DNA of 64,000 nt from Histomonas meleagridis 2922-C6/04-290x (taxonomy: Eukaryota > Protista > Parabasalia). This document shows positions 1 through 11,964 of this stretch, in pieces. The stretch is taken from the NCBI GenBank assembly GCA_020184695.1, contig JAANOX010000238.1, positions 124,001 to 188,000 on the forward strand, given 5' to 3'. Below the pieces are notes generated by a model. That model was not told the origin of the DNA. It ran no database searches and saw only the letters and a list, made by a program, of their open reading frames with translations. The stretch's first letter is position 1. Every line of letters starts with the position of its first letter. Made by a program: the position numbers and the translations under genes.

Positions 1-183
1 CCTACTCCTGAAATCAGAGAACTGAAAAAAGAAATTGCACAAAGAGAAAAAATTGTTAATCAGCTTCAAGAAGTATATGATGAAATGCAGTTACAAAAAG
101 ACCTTAAAGATGGCGAACATACCACATATGAGGATGATGAGGGAAATGTTTCTTATCAATGGAAGAGAGAAAGAAAACACTAA
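1..183 (+). CDS. 3' end of a coiled-coil hypothetical protein (partial)
   Basis: Open frame from base 1 (PTPEIRELKKEIAQREK...YQWKRERKH) to TAA at 181-183. Confidence 0.6.
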   Translation, partial: PTPEIRELKKEIAQREKIVNQLQEVYDEMQLQKDLKDGEHTTYEDDEGNVSYQWKRERKH

Positions 184-752
184 CAATATTTAATAAAATA
201 GAACTTTAATTTTAATTTTTAGAGTGTGCTAAAGTAAAAACTCGAAGAAGAATGAAACAAATTAATTTACTGATGGCGACCGTTAACACCGATTTGATGA
301 GATAATTCTTCGATTCTTAATGTTAAACGATGTTATTACCTTATTTTGAACCAAATTATGGAAGGTGAAATGCTTTATTCAAATTTCTTTTTCAAATATT
401 AAATCTGATATTATCAGGTTGTAATTCAGATTTGTTATTGGTCAACTTATATGAGCCCTCCTTGGTAAGTTAGTGATCAATATTTGTAAGCCAGAAGACA
501 ACAGTTTAAAAATATATTATTAATGATTAATAACTTTCACTATCGAAAAACATTTGAATGGCGTAATTCTTATGACTTAACACTACTCGTAAACAAGAAA
601 GAACTTAAAGTCCTTTTCGAGTTGTGACAAATTTCTTTGTTTTTTTATTTTTTTCAGAACTGTCAACATTTTGAATTTAAAACCAGAGAACAAACCGTTA
701 GATCATTAAAAAATTCAAGGAACAAACCGATCAAAAGGAAGACTGATTGTTG

Positions 753-3611
753 ATGAAGGTTACACAAAATTCATCAATTAACAAATCAAAAAACAATACC
801 CTTTCGTCTCCCAAGAGCCCTACAAAACCTAATAGGACCACAGAACCCGTTTTTCTTGATTCCAAAAAAAGAATTTATGATAAACTATACAGACCTGTAA
901 AAGCAAAAACAGGAAAACAAGAGGAGTTAGAAATTTCTCCTCAAACTTTTCCTTTGCCAGAAAATGTTACAACTAAAAGTAATTATTATTCAGAATGTCG
1001 TGAATGGAAACAACAAACAAAGAAGTTAGTAAGTGGATTCTACTTAGCTACTCCAATTGTTGCGGATTTACGTATACCTCAAAAACCATATCATGTAAAA
1101 GTTGGATCACATCAATACAGAGGATTTAACCCAAGGAAAATGCCGCCAACGCCTATTAACTATGTAGTAATGGACAAAATAATTTTTAGTGGATATGATT
1201 TTAGAGATGAAGATACATTTCCAGTTCAATATCCAAATAGAGACGTACTCAATTTTAAACATCAAGTCACAAAAGAACCTCAATGGCAATCTCAACTTCT
1301 TCCACGTGAACCATATCCGTTTTTATATGATAAATTCCAGGACTTTGAAGAAGCTTATAAAAACTGGAGAAATGTTTGCGCCGAAGGCCTTAAAATTCCT
1401 CTTCGTCCCAAAGCTTTAGACATCAAAGTAGATTTAATTCCAAATTCACCAATATATAAAATGCAAGCAAAACCAAAAGAAAAACTAGAGACGCACGACT
1501 TTTCATGGGCCAAAGGATTAGCGTTTAGTGGCACTGAGGAAGAAGCCTCAAGTCTTAAAAAGCTATCAAATTATCCATCTGGATATCGAATGACATCTGT
1601 ACCTGACAATTGTATTGTAGTTGGCTTTGACCAAACAGAGTTTCTTCTTGACTTCAAATATTATGGGTGTCATATGAGAGCAATTTATTCTGATACTCCA
1701 TTAGTTTGTAGTAAGACTGTACCTCTTGATGACCGAGCAGAGAAACGTATTTTAGAGGTCTTTGCCAAACATGAGCATTCAGGGATGAATCAAATTCTCG
1801 ATCTTTTAAATGTTGGGTTTGATCAAGAATCTTTCCAAATAGCAGCCAACCAAGCCAATCGTATTCGTTCACGTTCTGTTAAACGTAAGTCGAGTTCACA
1901 TCTTAGTTCTCGTTCTAATTCAGTATTTGGTCAAATCCCACGATCAACATCATCTTCCTCCAAACTTGGTCAATCGTTATTACAAAACTCAACCTCACCA
2001 TTAGCGGTTGATGTTCTTGAAGATCAGCCAATGTCCGTTCCGAAGAAAATTGAAGATTCTCCACCGGAGAACGTTAAGGCGGTTTCCGACGGTTCTGACG
2101 AGCATTCATCTTTACGCTCATCAATAACGAAACGACGACGTCAACATCCAATTTATTCGACCATTATGGAATTTTTACAACATTATCTTACTGTTAAGAA
2201 ATTATTTGTTGCGTTATCTCTCATTAAATTATCGCCATTACAATTTGCACGCTTTTCCATTATTTTACCACATTTAATGACACCCAATTTTAGTCTTGAT
2301 TTATTTAATTATATTAAGACTCCAGAAAATTTAGATTCATTATATTCATTAACAGAACAATTATTAGTATTACCAGAACCACGAATTACTTTGATTAAGC
2401 CATCAAATGCGTCAAACTTTGACATATCGTTATCGCAATTGTATTTATTTTCGACTATTTTAGAGTTCCAAAAAGATTTAATGGACACATTATTCTTTGA
2501 CTTAATCATGCAATATTGTCGAGAACTTGATTCGAATGTTGTTAAACAAATCCCGGAACGACGTAATAAGTTATGGAAATCACTTGAATCTAATACCAAA
2601 AGTACTAACTCAAGGTTAATGGGAATGATAGCAGAGATTAAGACGCGAAGTTTAATATGTTCATTAATCGGAAAAGATTTCTTTAAGCGCGCGAATATAA
2701 TTTCTAATTATGATTTAGGCCGACGATTTTTATTACGATTCATATATAACGGAAAAGGTTCAGTCATATCGTCGATAATATTATCATCGAATATATACAT
2801 CGATAATAACTTTACCCAATTCATGAATATGTTTTGTTCTTTGTTATTACAAATTTTGGCAGGACATTTAAATGAATGTAAATTGTGCTTAAACGGTTTC
2901 TTGCTTTTACCAATATTTGATCATGCTGACTTATCGAACTTTTCAAATATGTTCCAACAAGCTGCAAAATTATTATGTAACCCTTCTTTAATATCAAATT
3001 TCTCAGCTGCAAATTATCAAAATAAACTGACAACGATAGCACAGAAGATAACGGATTCTAGGGCGCCCCAAATACAGGTTCTATCGGCGCTGCTACCGTT
3101 CTCTAAAGTTGAGGGTTGTAATTTAACTATTATCGAAAATATTAATTTCATGAATAAGTTGATTTCCAATTTGGATAAATCATCAAATAAAGAATTCTTT
3201 ATGTCATGGAAATTGATGAATTCAATGGTCGACTTCTTACAATGCGGAATGAAATTGTTTTCATATGAACAAATCCAAAAATTGTTTTTGACTTTGGCAA
3301 ATAGTGATGACCCTGCAGTCATTAGACAGTTTATGCATTTCTTAATCAGGTTATGGGGATGTAACTCGGCAGCACTTCGCGCGAAAGTAGTGCAGGCAAC
3401 ATTACCGGCAGTGGGATCAATCGCTTGTTTGATCAAGTTGGCGCCAGCAAAGTTCGAAAAGTATCAGAAGACGCAGGACTTGATAATGCAGTTCTACGAC
3501 ATGTGCTTGGCTACACAAAACACAGAGCAAATAGAGTTCAAGAAGCAGCTCAACACACACATGGACAGCAACACGAAGCAGGACAAGAAGGGAAAAAGCA
3601 AACAAAAATAA
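753..3611 (+). CDS. Large hypothetical protein (~952 aa) with Ser-rich linker and helical, possibly ARM-like, C-terminal half
   Basis: Long ORF in AT-rich DNA; first ATG at 753; no family motif recognised. Confidence 0.8.
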   Translation: MKVTQNSSINKSKNNTLSSPKSPTKPNRTTEPVFLDSKKRIYDKLYRPVKAKTGKQEELEISPQTFPLPENVTTKSNYYSECREWKQQTKKLVSGFYLATPIVADLRIPQKPYHVKVGSHQYRGFNPRKMPPTPINYVVMDKIIFSGYDFRDEDTFPVQYPNRDVLNFKHQVTKEPQWQSQLLPREPYPFLYDKFQDFEEAYKNWRNVCAEGLKIPLRPKALDIKVDLIPNSPIYKMQAKPKEKLETHDFSWAKGLAFSGTEEEASSLKKLSNYPSGYRMTSVPDNCIVVGFDQTEFLLDFKYYGCHMRAIYSDTPLVCSKTVPLDDRAEKRILEVFAKHEHSGMNQILDLLNVGFDQESFQIAANQANRIRSRSVKRKSSSHLSSRSNSVFGQIPRSTSSSSKLGQSLLQNSTSPLAVDVLEDQPMSVPKKIEDSPPENVKAVSDGSDEHSSLRSSITKRRRQHPIYSTIMEFLQHYLTVKKLFVALSLIKLSPLQFARFSIILPHLMTPNFSLDLFNYIKTPENLDSLYSLTEQLLVLPEPRITLIKPSNASNFDISLSQLYLFSTILEFQKDLMDTLFFDLIMQYCRELDSNVVKQIPERRNKLWKSLESNTKSTNSRLMGMIAEIKTRSLICSLIGKDFFKRANIISNYDLGRRFLLRFIYNGKGSVISSIILSSNIYIDNNFTQFMNMFCSLLLQILAGHLNECKLCLNGFLLLPIFDHADLSNFSNMFQQAAKLLCNPSLISNFSAANYQNKLTTIAQKITDSRAPQIQVLSALLPFSKVEGCNLTIIENINFMNKLISNLDKSSNKEFFMSWKLMNSMVDFLQCGMKLFSYEQIQKLFLTLANSDDPAVIRQFMHFLIRLWGCNSAALRAKVVQATLPAVGSIACLIKLAPAKFEKYQKTQDLIMQFYDMCLATQNTEQIEFKKQLNTHMDSNTKQDKKGKSKQK

Positions 3612-3674
3612 ATGAAAGTATAAATAGTTAATTAAAGAAAACATGGATAACCTCTGTTGGAGCTGTGCTGAATG

Positions 3675-3850
3675 TAAAAATAACAAAACATTGAATGGAA
3701 TTAGAACTGTGTTGAATAATATTAAAAATAACAAAACATTGAATGGAATTAGAACTGTGTGAATAATATTAAAAATAACAAAACATCGAATGGAATTATA
3801 AATGTGTGAATATAATTAAAAATAATAAAACACCGAATGGATTTAGGACT
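3675..3850. repeat. Intergenic tandem repeat, ~48-bp unit, ~4 decaying copies
   Basis: Unit TAAAAATAACAAAACATTGAATGGAATTAGAACTGTG(T)TGAATAATAT repeated with increasing divergence. Confidence 0.85.
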
Positions 3851-4169
3851 AAACACCGAATAGCTTGAAGCTTATGTAGAATATTTAGATAATGTTATCA
3901 AAAATCTTCAATGATTTGAAAATTATAATGAATTCATAAATTTGGGATTATAACCACTCAGAAGAATCCATATGATATGGATTTAAAAAAAATAACAATT
4001 TTTATCTGAAGAATTTCAGGTGAATAATAAATGATAGATAAGAAATTGATTCATTTTTTTAATCAAACAAATGATATTATATTCATTATAAAGCAGGTGC
4101 CAAGTTGAGCAAAAGTGACAGCAAAAAATTAACGATCATTTTCCCTTTAAAAAATCGGATTAAAAAGTG

Positions 4170-4508
4170 GCAATGTCCAAAGACCTCCCAACGTTCTTTG
4201 GGATAATTGTCGAACCTGGATTCGATTATAGAGCCTTAGTGCTAGAGGAACTTTCGATAACAAATGCTATCATTGATCCAAAGGCTGAACAAAATCAATC
4301 GGCAAGATTATTTTTGAAAGTTGATAAAAAAAAGATTCCTCTTTGTTATTTGGATCTACAACGCACATCAAATCCACTGAGTATTCACATAACTAGAGGA
4401 ACAGATTTGTTATTAAATGTTGTAGGCAATTGTTCAATACACGTTACCGGATTCTATGAGCCCAAATCAATATCAGTCCCACCAATGTTTGTTATGGCAG
4501 AAGAGTAA
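4170..4508 (+). CDS. Nucleoplasmin-like (NPL) domain protein
   Basis: FFGIIVEPG start, L.ITNA.I, PLCYL, VVGNCSIHVTGFY match the NPL beta-sandwich pattern of FKBP/HD-tuin N-termini. Confidence 0.7.
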   Translation, partial: AMSKDLPTFFGIIVEPGFDYRALVLEELSITNAIIDPKAEQNQSARLFLKVDKKKIPLCYLDLQRTSNPLSIHITRGTDLLLNVVGNCSIHVTGFYEPKSISVPPMFVMAEE

Positions 4509-4735
4509 TTTGTTCATAAATATATGTTTTATTTGTTTCTATTTATTTTTTCTCAATCAAATTTCCAAGCTTTCTTCCATGATGAATCACGAAAGCGAGC
4601 ATTCTGTGCATGTTTTCCTACTGGTGCTCGTAATAAAGAACACCTACATATTTGAATATTTTAAACATTTACTTGTGATTCATGAATGATTTATATTGAT
4701 TTAATAAATAAATAAAAATAATAATTTTATTTTTT

Positions 4736-5345
4736 TTAAAATGTGTTTACTTGTATCTGACTTATAAATTTTTCTTCTTTGAAATCGTCTGCAAATGGAT
4801 CTTCTTCAATATTTGAATTATTAATCCCAACTGAAAAAGTATTGTCGATTTCATCTGAAATATTCATTTCTTCTTCATTTTGTTTTCGCTTCTTATTTTG
4901 ATATTTAATCATAAAAATTATCATTATCATCATATACAATAATTATTACAATTACAATAACAATTATAATGATAATTAATGTATTATTATCATCGGCGTT
5001 TATTATTACATCTTCAATTTAAGAAATATATAAGTAAAATATTCTGGATAATATATAATTGTATAATTATAATATATAAAATCGACATTTAAGTGATGTA
5101 CAATTAACAAATGCACATGAATTAATAGAATGAGCATTTTCAACAATGAAAATTGTTTCTAAATTAATGCAACTTGAAAAAACATATAAGTAACTGAAAT
5201 AGGAATTGTAAAATGTTTTACTTTTCCCATTCGGATAACTAATAATTTGCGTAATATTTTTATCATATAAAATGCCATCATTTTCATAATTCGAATATTC
5301 AATATTTTCATATCGTGAATTCGGTTCATCATAAAGTTTTCTCAT
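4736..5345 (-). pseudogene. Degenerate BspA-like (TpLRR) surface protein gene remnant
   Basis: Fragments ENDGILYDKNITQIISYP and INSCAFVNCTSL, a hydrophobic TM-like stretch and an acidic tail EEDPFADDF, like the intact gene at 16.9-19.8 kb; broken by stops and frameshifts. Confidence 0.7.
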
Positions 5346-5621
5346 ATGGCGCTAAAAGCGAATTTTTGAAATTGATCTGATTATAGACGCGCATTAAATG
5401 TGTGACTGTAGAAGTTCCATTATATGAATAACAAGCAAATCTTTATCTTAGTGCATACAATAATTTATGCAATATGCATTAAATTGTGCATTTTTGAGGT
5501 AAATTTTTAATTTTATTTTCATAAAGTGAAGTAACTTTCTAAAGTTTACATACAACTGTACCGATAAAACACAAAAAGTAAAACTTCAGACGGTTATCTA
5601 TTCAAATATATTTATTAAAAT

Positions 5622-8600
5622 TTACACTTTTGCATTATGCAATTTTTTGATTATTGGCATAATATTTGGCGGCGCCTTGTTTCCAATTCCTTGTAACAAT
5701 GCATTTACGACTTCTTTGTATGCAGCAAACCTTTTCTTAACTCCTTCCGCTTCTTCAACCTTTTCTTTTATCATTGCTAACAATTCAACAATTTTCTTTT
5801 CGTCAGCATTTTCAACGCTTTCTATTTCTAACATTTCGCAAAGCATTTTTGCAATATCTTTAAGTGGCATTGACTCATATAATGATTGCATCATTTCTTT
5901 ATTTGCTTTTTCCAGTTCGTATATTCTTCCGCAATGTTTCCCATTTGTATTTTTAAGTTCTGTTACGCTTATGTCCTTAAAAAGTTCGTTATTATCGACT
6001 TTATTTGATAAAAGACATTTGCGTAATCCAAGCGCAGAATTATAAATTTGAAGCTTATGTGGAACAGTGATATTTGGTATTAACTGAAATGTTGATAAAA
6101 GTATTGCTTGTAATTTAATTATTTTTCTATGTATTGCTTTAGAATCTATATTTGTTGATACTGTTGGATATTGTGGGAAAACTATTTGTAATGTATCATT
6201 ATAAGAATTAATTATATCATTAAAATTGCTGAGAAATTGTTCAAATTTTGATTTAAATTCAGTGAATTGTGATATGAAAACGTCATATTTGCTATTGAAT
6301 TGTTGAACGAATTCGTTTAGAGAAGTGAAATGTGAAGTGAATTTTGTATTGAAATTTGAAACGATTTGATTTATAAACAATTCAATTAATTTGTTCAGCG
6401 GCAAATCATTTGAATAATTGGATTTAAGCGTTGGAAATGCTTTAATAATTAAATTTACTGTGTCTTGATCGATTTTGTTTAGATGAGAAAGTGATGCATC
6501 TAAAGACTTACATTTCTTAGCTACTTGCATTGCTTTGGCTTCAAGTTTTTTATGTTTTTCGATACTTTTCATTGCTTCATCAAGTTTTTGATCACGAATT
6601 TTAATATCATTTTGTAATTCATTAACTTGTAACAATTGTTTAGATATATTTTCATTTAATTTCTGCATTTTATTTTCGTTATTTTTGTTAATTTCTTTAA
6701 GTTTCTGTTCTTTAATTTTATATTCATTAATTGTATTACGATAATTTGTAAATTGTTTATCAGCAAAAGTAATGAAACTATTTAAATTCGAATTAATATC
6801 TGCCGTTGAAATGTTCGGAGATAAATTATTTTGATTTTCTTTGAAATCAAATAAATTATAAATTGTCTGAAATGCGTTTTGTGCATTTCGTATGATGTCA
6901 TTACTATGAACAAGTAAATTTTCTGTTGACTGAAGTTTGCTTCGATATGTTTCGTTCTCTGCTTCATTCGCTTTTATCTTTTCTTCTTTGTGTTTGTTGT
7001 CTTCTTCGAGCGTTTCGTTTTCTTTTTCGATTTTTTGGATTTTCTCTTCATTCGATTTCTTTAATTCTTCAAGCTTTGAAATATTTTCTTCTTTTATTTT
7101 GTTATCTTTTTCGATTTTTTGGATTTTCTCTTCATTCGATTTTATGTTTGCGGACATTTTTAATATTTTCTCTTCATTTTCTTTATTCTTATTTTCGATT
7201 TCTTTTATCTTTTCATCTTTTTGCTTGTTGTCTTCTTCAATTTCCTTTATTTTGTTTTCATTTGATTTATTCTCTTCTTCAAGTATCAAATTCTTTTCTT
7301 CCTTTAATTTGTTTTCTTTTTCAAGCGTTTGGATTTTCTCTTCCTTTGCTTTATTTAATTCTTCAAGTGACTTCTTCTCTTCATTAAGTATTTGTATTTT
7401 TTCTTCGTTTTCTTTGTTCCTATTTTCCATTTCTTTGATTCTTTCTTCATTTGTTTTATTCTCTTCTTCCATTTCCGATATTTTCTCTTCTTTTGCTTTA
7501 TTTAATTCTTCAAGTGCCTTCTTCTCTTCATTAAGCGTTTGGATGCTTTCTTCATTCTTTTTGTTTTCTTTTTCCATTTCTTTGATTCTTTCTTCATTTG
7601 TTTTGTTCTTTTCTTCCATTTTCGATATTTTCTCTTCTTTTGCTTTATTTAATTCTTCAAGTGACTTCTTCTCTTCATTAAGTTTGTGTATGTTTTCTTC
7701 GTTTTGCTTGTTCTTGTTTTCCATTTCAGATATTTTCTCTTCTTTTAATTTATTCTCTTCTTCAATTTTTGTGATTTTTTCTTCATTTTCTTTGTTCTTT
7801 TCCTCCATTTCTATTATCTTTTCTTCGTTTTGTCTGTTCCTTTCTTGAAGAGATCTCTTTTCTTCTTCAATTGACAAAATTTTCTTTTCGATTGTATTAT
7901 TATCTGCTTTAATGATTGACATCATTTCTTCATTTGCATTAATCTTTTCTTTAAGTGAATTTTTCTCTTTCTCAATTTCTGATAACTTTTCATCTTTTGA
8001 CTTATTAACTTCTTCAAGTGTCTTCTTTTCTTCTTCAATTTTAATTATCTTTTCTTCACTTTCTTTATTCTGATTTTCAATTTCTTTTATCTTTTCATCT
8101 TTCATTTTGTTCTCTTCTTCAATTCTTTTTATCTTTTCATCTTTTGATTGATTTACCTCTTCAAGTGTATTCTTTTCTTCTTCGATTTTAATGATTTTCT
8201 CTTCCTTTTCTTTATTTTTATTTTCAATTTCTTTTATCTTTTCATCTTTCATTTTGTTCTCTTCTTCAATTTTTTGTATCTTTTCATCTTTTGATTGATT
8301 TACCTCTTCAAGTGTCTTCTTTTCTTCTTCGATTTTAATGATTTTCTCTTCCTTTTCTTTATTTTTATTTTCAATTTCTTTTATCTTTTCATCTTTCATT
8401 TTGTTCTCTTCCTCAATTTTAATGATTTTCTCTTCATTTTCTTTGTTTTTATTCTCTATTTTGGTTATCTTTTCATCTTTCATTTTGTTCTCTTCCTCAA
8501 TTTCTTTTATTTTTTCATCTTTTGACATATTAAGTTCTTCAAGTGATTTCTTCTCTTCTTCAATCTTAATTATCTTTTCTTCTTTCATTTTATTCTCTTC

Positions 8601-9542
8601 ATTAAGTGCATGGATTTCTTCTTCTTTTGACTTATTTACCTCTTCAAGTGACTTCTTTTCTTCTTCAATTTTAATTATCTTTTCTTCATTTTCTTTATTT
8701 TTACTTTCAATTTCTTTTATCTTTTCATCTTTCATTTTGTTCTCTTCTTCAATTTTAATGATTTTCTCTTCATTTTCTTTATTCTGATTTTCGATTTCTT
8801 TTATCTTTTCTTCTTTTGACTGATACATTTGTTCAAGCGATTTCTTTTCTTCTTCAATTTTTATTATTTTTTCTTCATTTAATTTGGTTTTATTTTCCAT
8901 TTCCTTTATCTTATCATCCTTTGATTTGTTTGCTTCTTCCAATTTTTGTATTTTTTCTTCATTTTCTTTGATTCTGTTTTCTGTTTCTTTTATTTTTTCT
9001 TCGTTATTTTTGTTTATTTCTTCAATTTTTTGAATTATTCGATTTTTTGTATTTAATTCTTCTTGAAGTGTTTGGTTATTCTTTTCTAAATTGTTAATTT
9101 GTGATTCCATCTTTAGTTTTTCTTCGGTGAGCGACTTAATTTCATTCATTAAATCATTGGCCTTTCGTTGATTTTGTTCTGAATTTTGAATTTCCTCATT
9201 TTCTATTTCACTGATACGCTCTTTCAATTTTTGGATTTCAGCTTTCATTCTTGAAAACTCATTTTGATTTTCTCCACTTAGTTTTCTTTTCATTATTAAT
9301 TCACCAAGTTTTCTCAGAGCAGAAAATTTTATTGCTTCTACATCACTTACCCATTTACCATTATCTGAAGTTTCGGATACAATTTGAGAAATTATGTTAA
9401 TCGGATCAATCAATGCAGAATCTAATTTCTCTTTAATTTTCATAAAATCAACAGTAAAATTTGATGTTAAGCATTCATCCATTAGAGCCAACCCACGTTG
9501 GTAGTGATTTCCCTCATCTGTAGGGAAATTTGTTTTGCTCAT
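5622..9542 (-). CDS. Long repetitive Glu/Lys-rich coiled-coil protein (~1306 aa)
   Basis: ORF from ATG 9542 (MSKTNF); central ~49-aa repeats built from 14/21-aa heptad modules (KIEEENKMKDEKIKEIENKNKE...). Confidence 0.85.
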   Translation of the reverse strand: MSKTNFPTDEGNHYQRGLALMDECLTSNFTVDFMKIKEKLDSALIDPINIISQIVSETSDNGKWVSDVEAIKFSALRKLGELIMKRKLSGENQNEFSRMKAEIQKLKERISEIENEEIQNSEQNQRKANDLMNEIKSLTEEKLKMESQINNLEKNNQTLQEELNTKNRIIQKIEEINKNNEEKIKETENRIKENEEKIQKLEEANKSKDDKIKEMENKTKLNEEKIIKIEEEKKSLEQMYQSKEEKIKEIENQNKENEEKIIKIEEENKMKDEKIKEIESKNKENEEKIIKIEEEKKSLEEVNKSKEEEIHALNEENKMKEEKIIKIEEEKKSLEELNMSKDEKIKEIEEENKMKDEKITKIENKNKENEEKIIKIEEENKMKDEKIKEIENKNKEKEEKIIKIEEEKKTLEEVNQSKDEKIQKIEEENKMKDEKIKEIENKNKEKEEKIIKIEEEKNTLEEVNQSKDEKIKRIEEENKMKDEKIKEIENQNKESEEKIIKIEEEKKTLEEVNKSKDEKLSEIEKEKNSLKEKINANEEMMSIIKADNNTIEKKILSIEEEKRSLQERNRQNEEKIIEMEEKNKENEEKITKIEEENKLKEEKISEMENKNKQNEENIHKLNEEKKSLEELNKAKEEKISKMEEKNKTNEERIKEMEKENKKNEESIQTLNEEKKALEELNKAKEEKISEMEEENKTNEERIKEMENRNKENEEKIQILNEEKKSLEELNKAKEEKIQTLEKENKLKEEKNLILEEENKSNENKIKEIEEDNKQKDEKIKEIENKNKENEEKILKMSANIKSNEEKIQKIEKDNKIKEENISKLEELKKSNEEKIQKIEKENETLEEDNKHKEEKIKANEAENETYRSKLQSTENLLVHSNDIIRNAQNAFQTIYNLFDFKENQNNLSPNISTADINSNLNSFITFADKQFTNYRNTINEYKIKEQKLKEINKNNENKMQKLNENISKQLLQVNELQNDIKIRDQKLDEAMKSIEKHKKLEAKAMQVAKKCKSLDASLSHLNKIDQDTVNLIIKAFPTLKSNYSNDLPLNKLIELFINQIVSNFNTKFTSHFTSLNEFVQQFNSKYDVFISQFTEFKSKFEQFLSNFNDIINSYNDTLQIVFPQYPTVSTNIDSKAIHRKIIKLQAILLSTFQLIPNITVPHKLQIYNSALGLRKCLLSNKVDNNELFKDISVTELKNTNGKHCGRIYELEKANKEMMQSLYESMPLKDIAKMLCEMLEIESVENADEKKIVELLAMIKEKVEEAEGVKKRFAAYKEVVNALLQGIGNKAPPNIMPIIKKLHNAKV

Positions 9543-10038
9543 GGACGAACGTATTTCCAACGGTTAGAATTGTATTGTTTACATGTCAAACAAAAACTTC
9601 TTGGTTTGTTCGAAAATATTCGATTTTATTCCACTTTTTGAACACGATTCTATTAAAAACGATCAAAATCACTGCTTTTCAACCAATTTATGTGACCGAT
9701 TTTAAAAATTCTAATTTCTCAAAAATCCTAACATTTTGTGAATTATAAACATTAAGGAGTAAAATGTCTTCTCTAAGGCACTCTCAAATTAGAAACTATC
9801 TAAAAATTTTCTCATCTATTAAATGATATATTGATAAAATTTTTTTAAGTTTTTTCCTTGTGTCTTGTCTTTGGTGATATTGTAAATTCATAAGATATCT
9901 GTGGTAAAACATTCTCAGTATAATTTCACGCGACCTAAATGGTCATTTCGTTTTTTCATACAAAAGAAGTTTTTTTCTTTTTATTAAATTTTTCTAACGA
10001 CAACATGTAACGCATACAAATTGGACGGTTATTTCAGA

Positions 10039-11250
10039 ATGAGTGGCTTCAACCCCAATGGTTACGACCCGAATTTTGGCGTAAACGGCGAACAGGAACA
10101 AGACCCAAACAGGCAAGACAACCCAAACCGAACAAACAATGGGGGAAGGGATCTCCAAACAGATCAAATAAATTATGCATATCAAATTCTCAAACGCCAA
10201 CTTGATACGCCCGAAGCTTTTGACTTCGAAAATCCGCAGAAGAGTTTATTTTCAAATTTCTTTAAAGAACCAACCTATGCACTCCATCTTACTTCAATAG
10301 ATTGGTCAATTGAAAGCAATAATGCCTTTTTCGACAATGACAGCATCAAGCTGAGATATGCTCTAAACTCCAATACCTTAGTTTGTGCAATTGCTTTCAA
10401 TTCCACCGGAGATTTATTCTCATTTTCGAACGGGCGAACTCTTTTCATTCTAGATTCAAATGATTGTTCTCTCATTTTAAATTATGCGCTACCACATTAC
10501 GTCAAACAAATAGAAATGCATACTCGAGTATTAAAATTTTCCCCAGATAACAAATATATTGCACTTAATGGAAGCTGCTATCGTATTCTAGTGTACTCTC
10601 TCGAAGAAAATACATTTGTAGGAAGTCTTGAAGGTCATTATGATGTTGTTTCATCAATTTTATTTACATCAGATTCCAAATATATGCTTACTGGAGGCTA
10701 CGATGGCGTTATTTGTGTATGGAGCTTTCCAGATTTTACACTTGTCAAACGTATTGAATACAATATGAATGAAGAACGACAGTCAATTGTATCATTAGCA
10801 CTAAGTAACGATGACCAATATCTTTTCATTTCTTTTCTTTCAGGTGCTGTAGGTTTATGTAATTCTTCATTTACTGTTCCGATGAATACAATTATCGAAT
10901 ATCAGGACTCATTATTACGTTCTTCTCTTTCCAACAATAACAAAATGATTGCAACGGCTTCTAAAGATAATACACTTAAAATATGGGATATTCAAGATTT
11001 AGTTGTATGTAAGCAAAACTTGATTGGTCATACAAGTTTTGTTGTTTCTTGTTGTTTTAGTCCTAATGATGAATATTTATTTTCAGGGTCGAAAGATGAA
11101 AGCATTAAATTATGGAAACAAGAAACAGGCGAATTACTCTGTACAATACATGCACATAAAAATACTGTGTTCCAAATCGAACATCACCCGAGAAGAAACT
11201 CTTTTTTGACGTGCGGCGGCGACGGAATACTTTGTATGTGGGACTATTGA
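10039..11250 (+). CDS. WD40-repeat protein (Tup1-like architecture)
   Basis: Multiple GH...WD-type repeats (GHYDVVSSILF...W, SKDNTLKIWD, GHTSFVVSCCFS, GDGILCMWD); ATG at 10039. Confidence 0.9.
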   Translation: MSGFNPNGYDPNFGVNGEQEQDPNRQDNPNRTNNGGRDLQTDQINYAYQILKRQLDTPEAFDFENPQKSLFSNFFKEPTYALHLTSIDWSIESNNAFFDNDSIKLRYALNSNTLVCAIAFNSTGDLFSFSNGRTLFILDSNDCSLILNYALPHYVKQIEMHTRVLKFSPDNKYIALNGSCYRILVYSLEENTFVGSLEGHYDVVSSILFTSDSKYMLTGGYDGVICVWSFPDFTLVKRIEYNMNEERQSIVSLALSNDDQYLFISFLSGAVGLCNSSFTVPMNTIIEYQDSLLRSSLSNNNKMIATASKDNTLKIWDIQDLVVCKQNLIGHTSFVVSCCFSPNDEYLFSGSKDESIKLWKQETGELLCTIHAHKNTVFQIEHHPRRNSFLTCGGDGILCMWDY

Positions 11251-11953
11251 TGTTAGAAAAGTGACATTTGATGCTCAAATTGATTTGGCGGTTATGTTAA
11301 TTGAAGTACCAAATAACAACAGCTGCTTTAATCCTTTTAGTATGAATTTAGATTTATATAAATATTTATATGTCATTATGATATGTTTTTTAGTGTGATT
11401 TTTATGTAAAGTTCGAAAAAAGCTTTTTACATAAAAATGGTTAAACAAAAAGAAATTGATGAAAATACTAAAATTATTTTTCATTATAACTGAAAAATTA
11501 TTTGAAGAAAAGGAAAGTTGTTGCAACATTCGGGTTTTGGGGCTTTTTGTCATTGTAAATAATTGAATGCCAGAAACACCAAGCAAAAAACGAAAATAAA
11601 ATTATTCAATAAATTCAACTAATTTTGTAGTTCACCACAAACAAAATCCGTTTATAATTTGTTGCATGTGAGCTGCCCTTATTGTCAAATCGAATTTCTT
11701 TTTTCAAATTCTTTTTTCTCTAACTCTGAGGAAATTTTTGTAATAAAAATTTGTTCTTTCTATTTTTATTACTAACTATCCCATATATTTATTCATTCTA
11801 TAAGTTTATTTATATATATATATTATTGGGGTAAATGTATCACAAAAAATGACTAATATTTGGCCAAATGAAACAGCAAAAGTAAAGCAATTAAAAAGTT
11901 CACTTTGCAAAAACTTGCCTTTTAATTTGAAAGCTTGCATCGGCAACGGTTAT

Positions 11954-11961
11954 TCATTTTT
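11954..11961 (+). promoter_or_regulatory. Parabasalid initiator (Inr) element upstream of alpha-SNAP
   Basis: TCATTTTT 11 nt upstream of ATG 11965; the same motif precedes the PARP-like and BRO1-like ATGs. Confidence 0.6.
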
Positions 11962-11964
11962 TAA

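Noticed and set aside
6926-8787. Long Phe/Ser-rich plus-strand ORFs (303, 153, 149 aa)
   Set aside because: Antisense shadows of the Glu/Lys repeat gene on the minus strand
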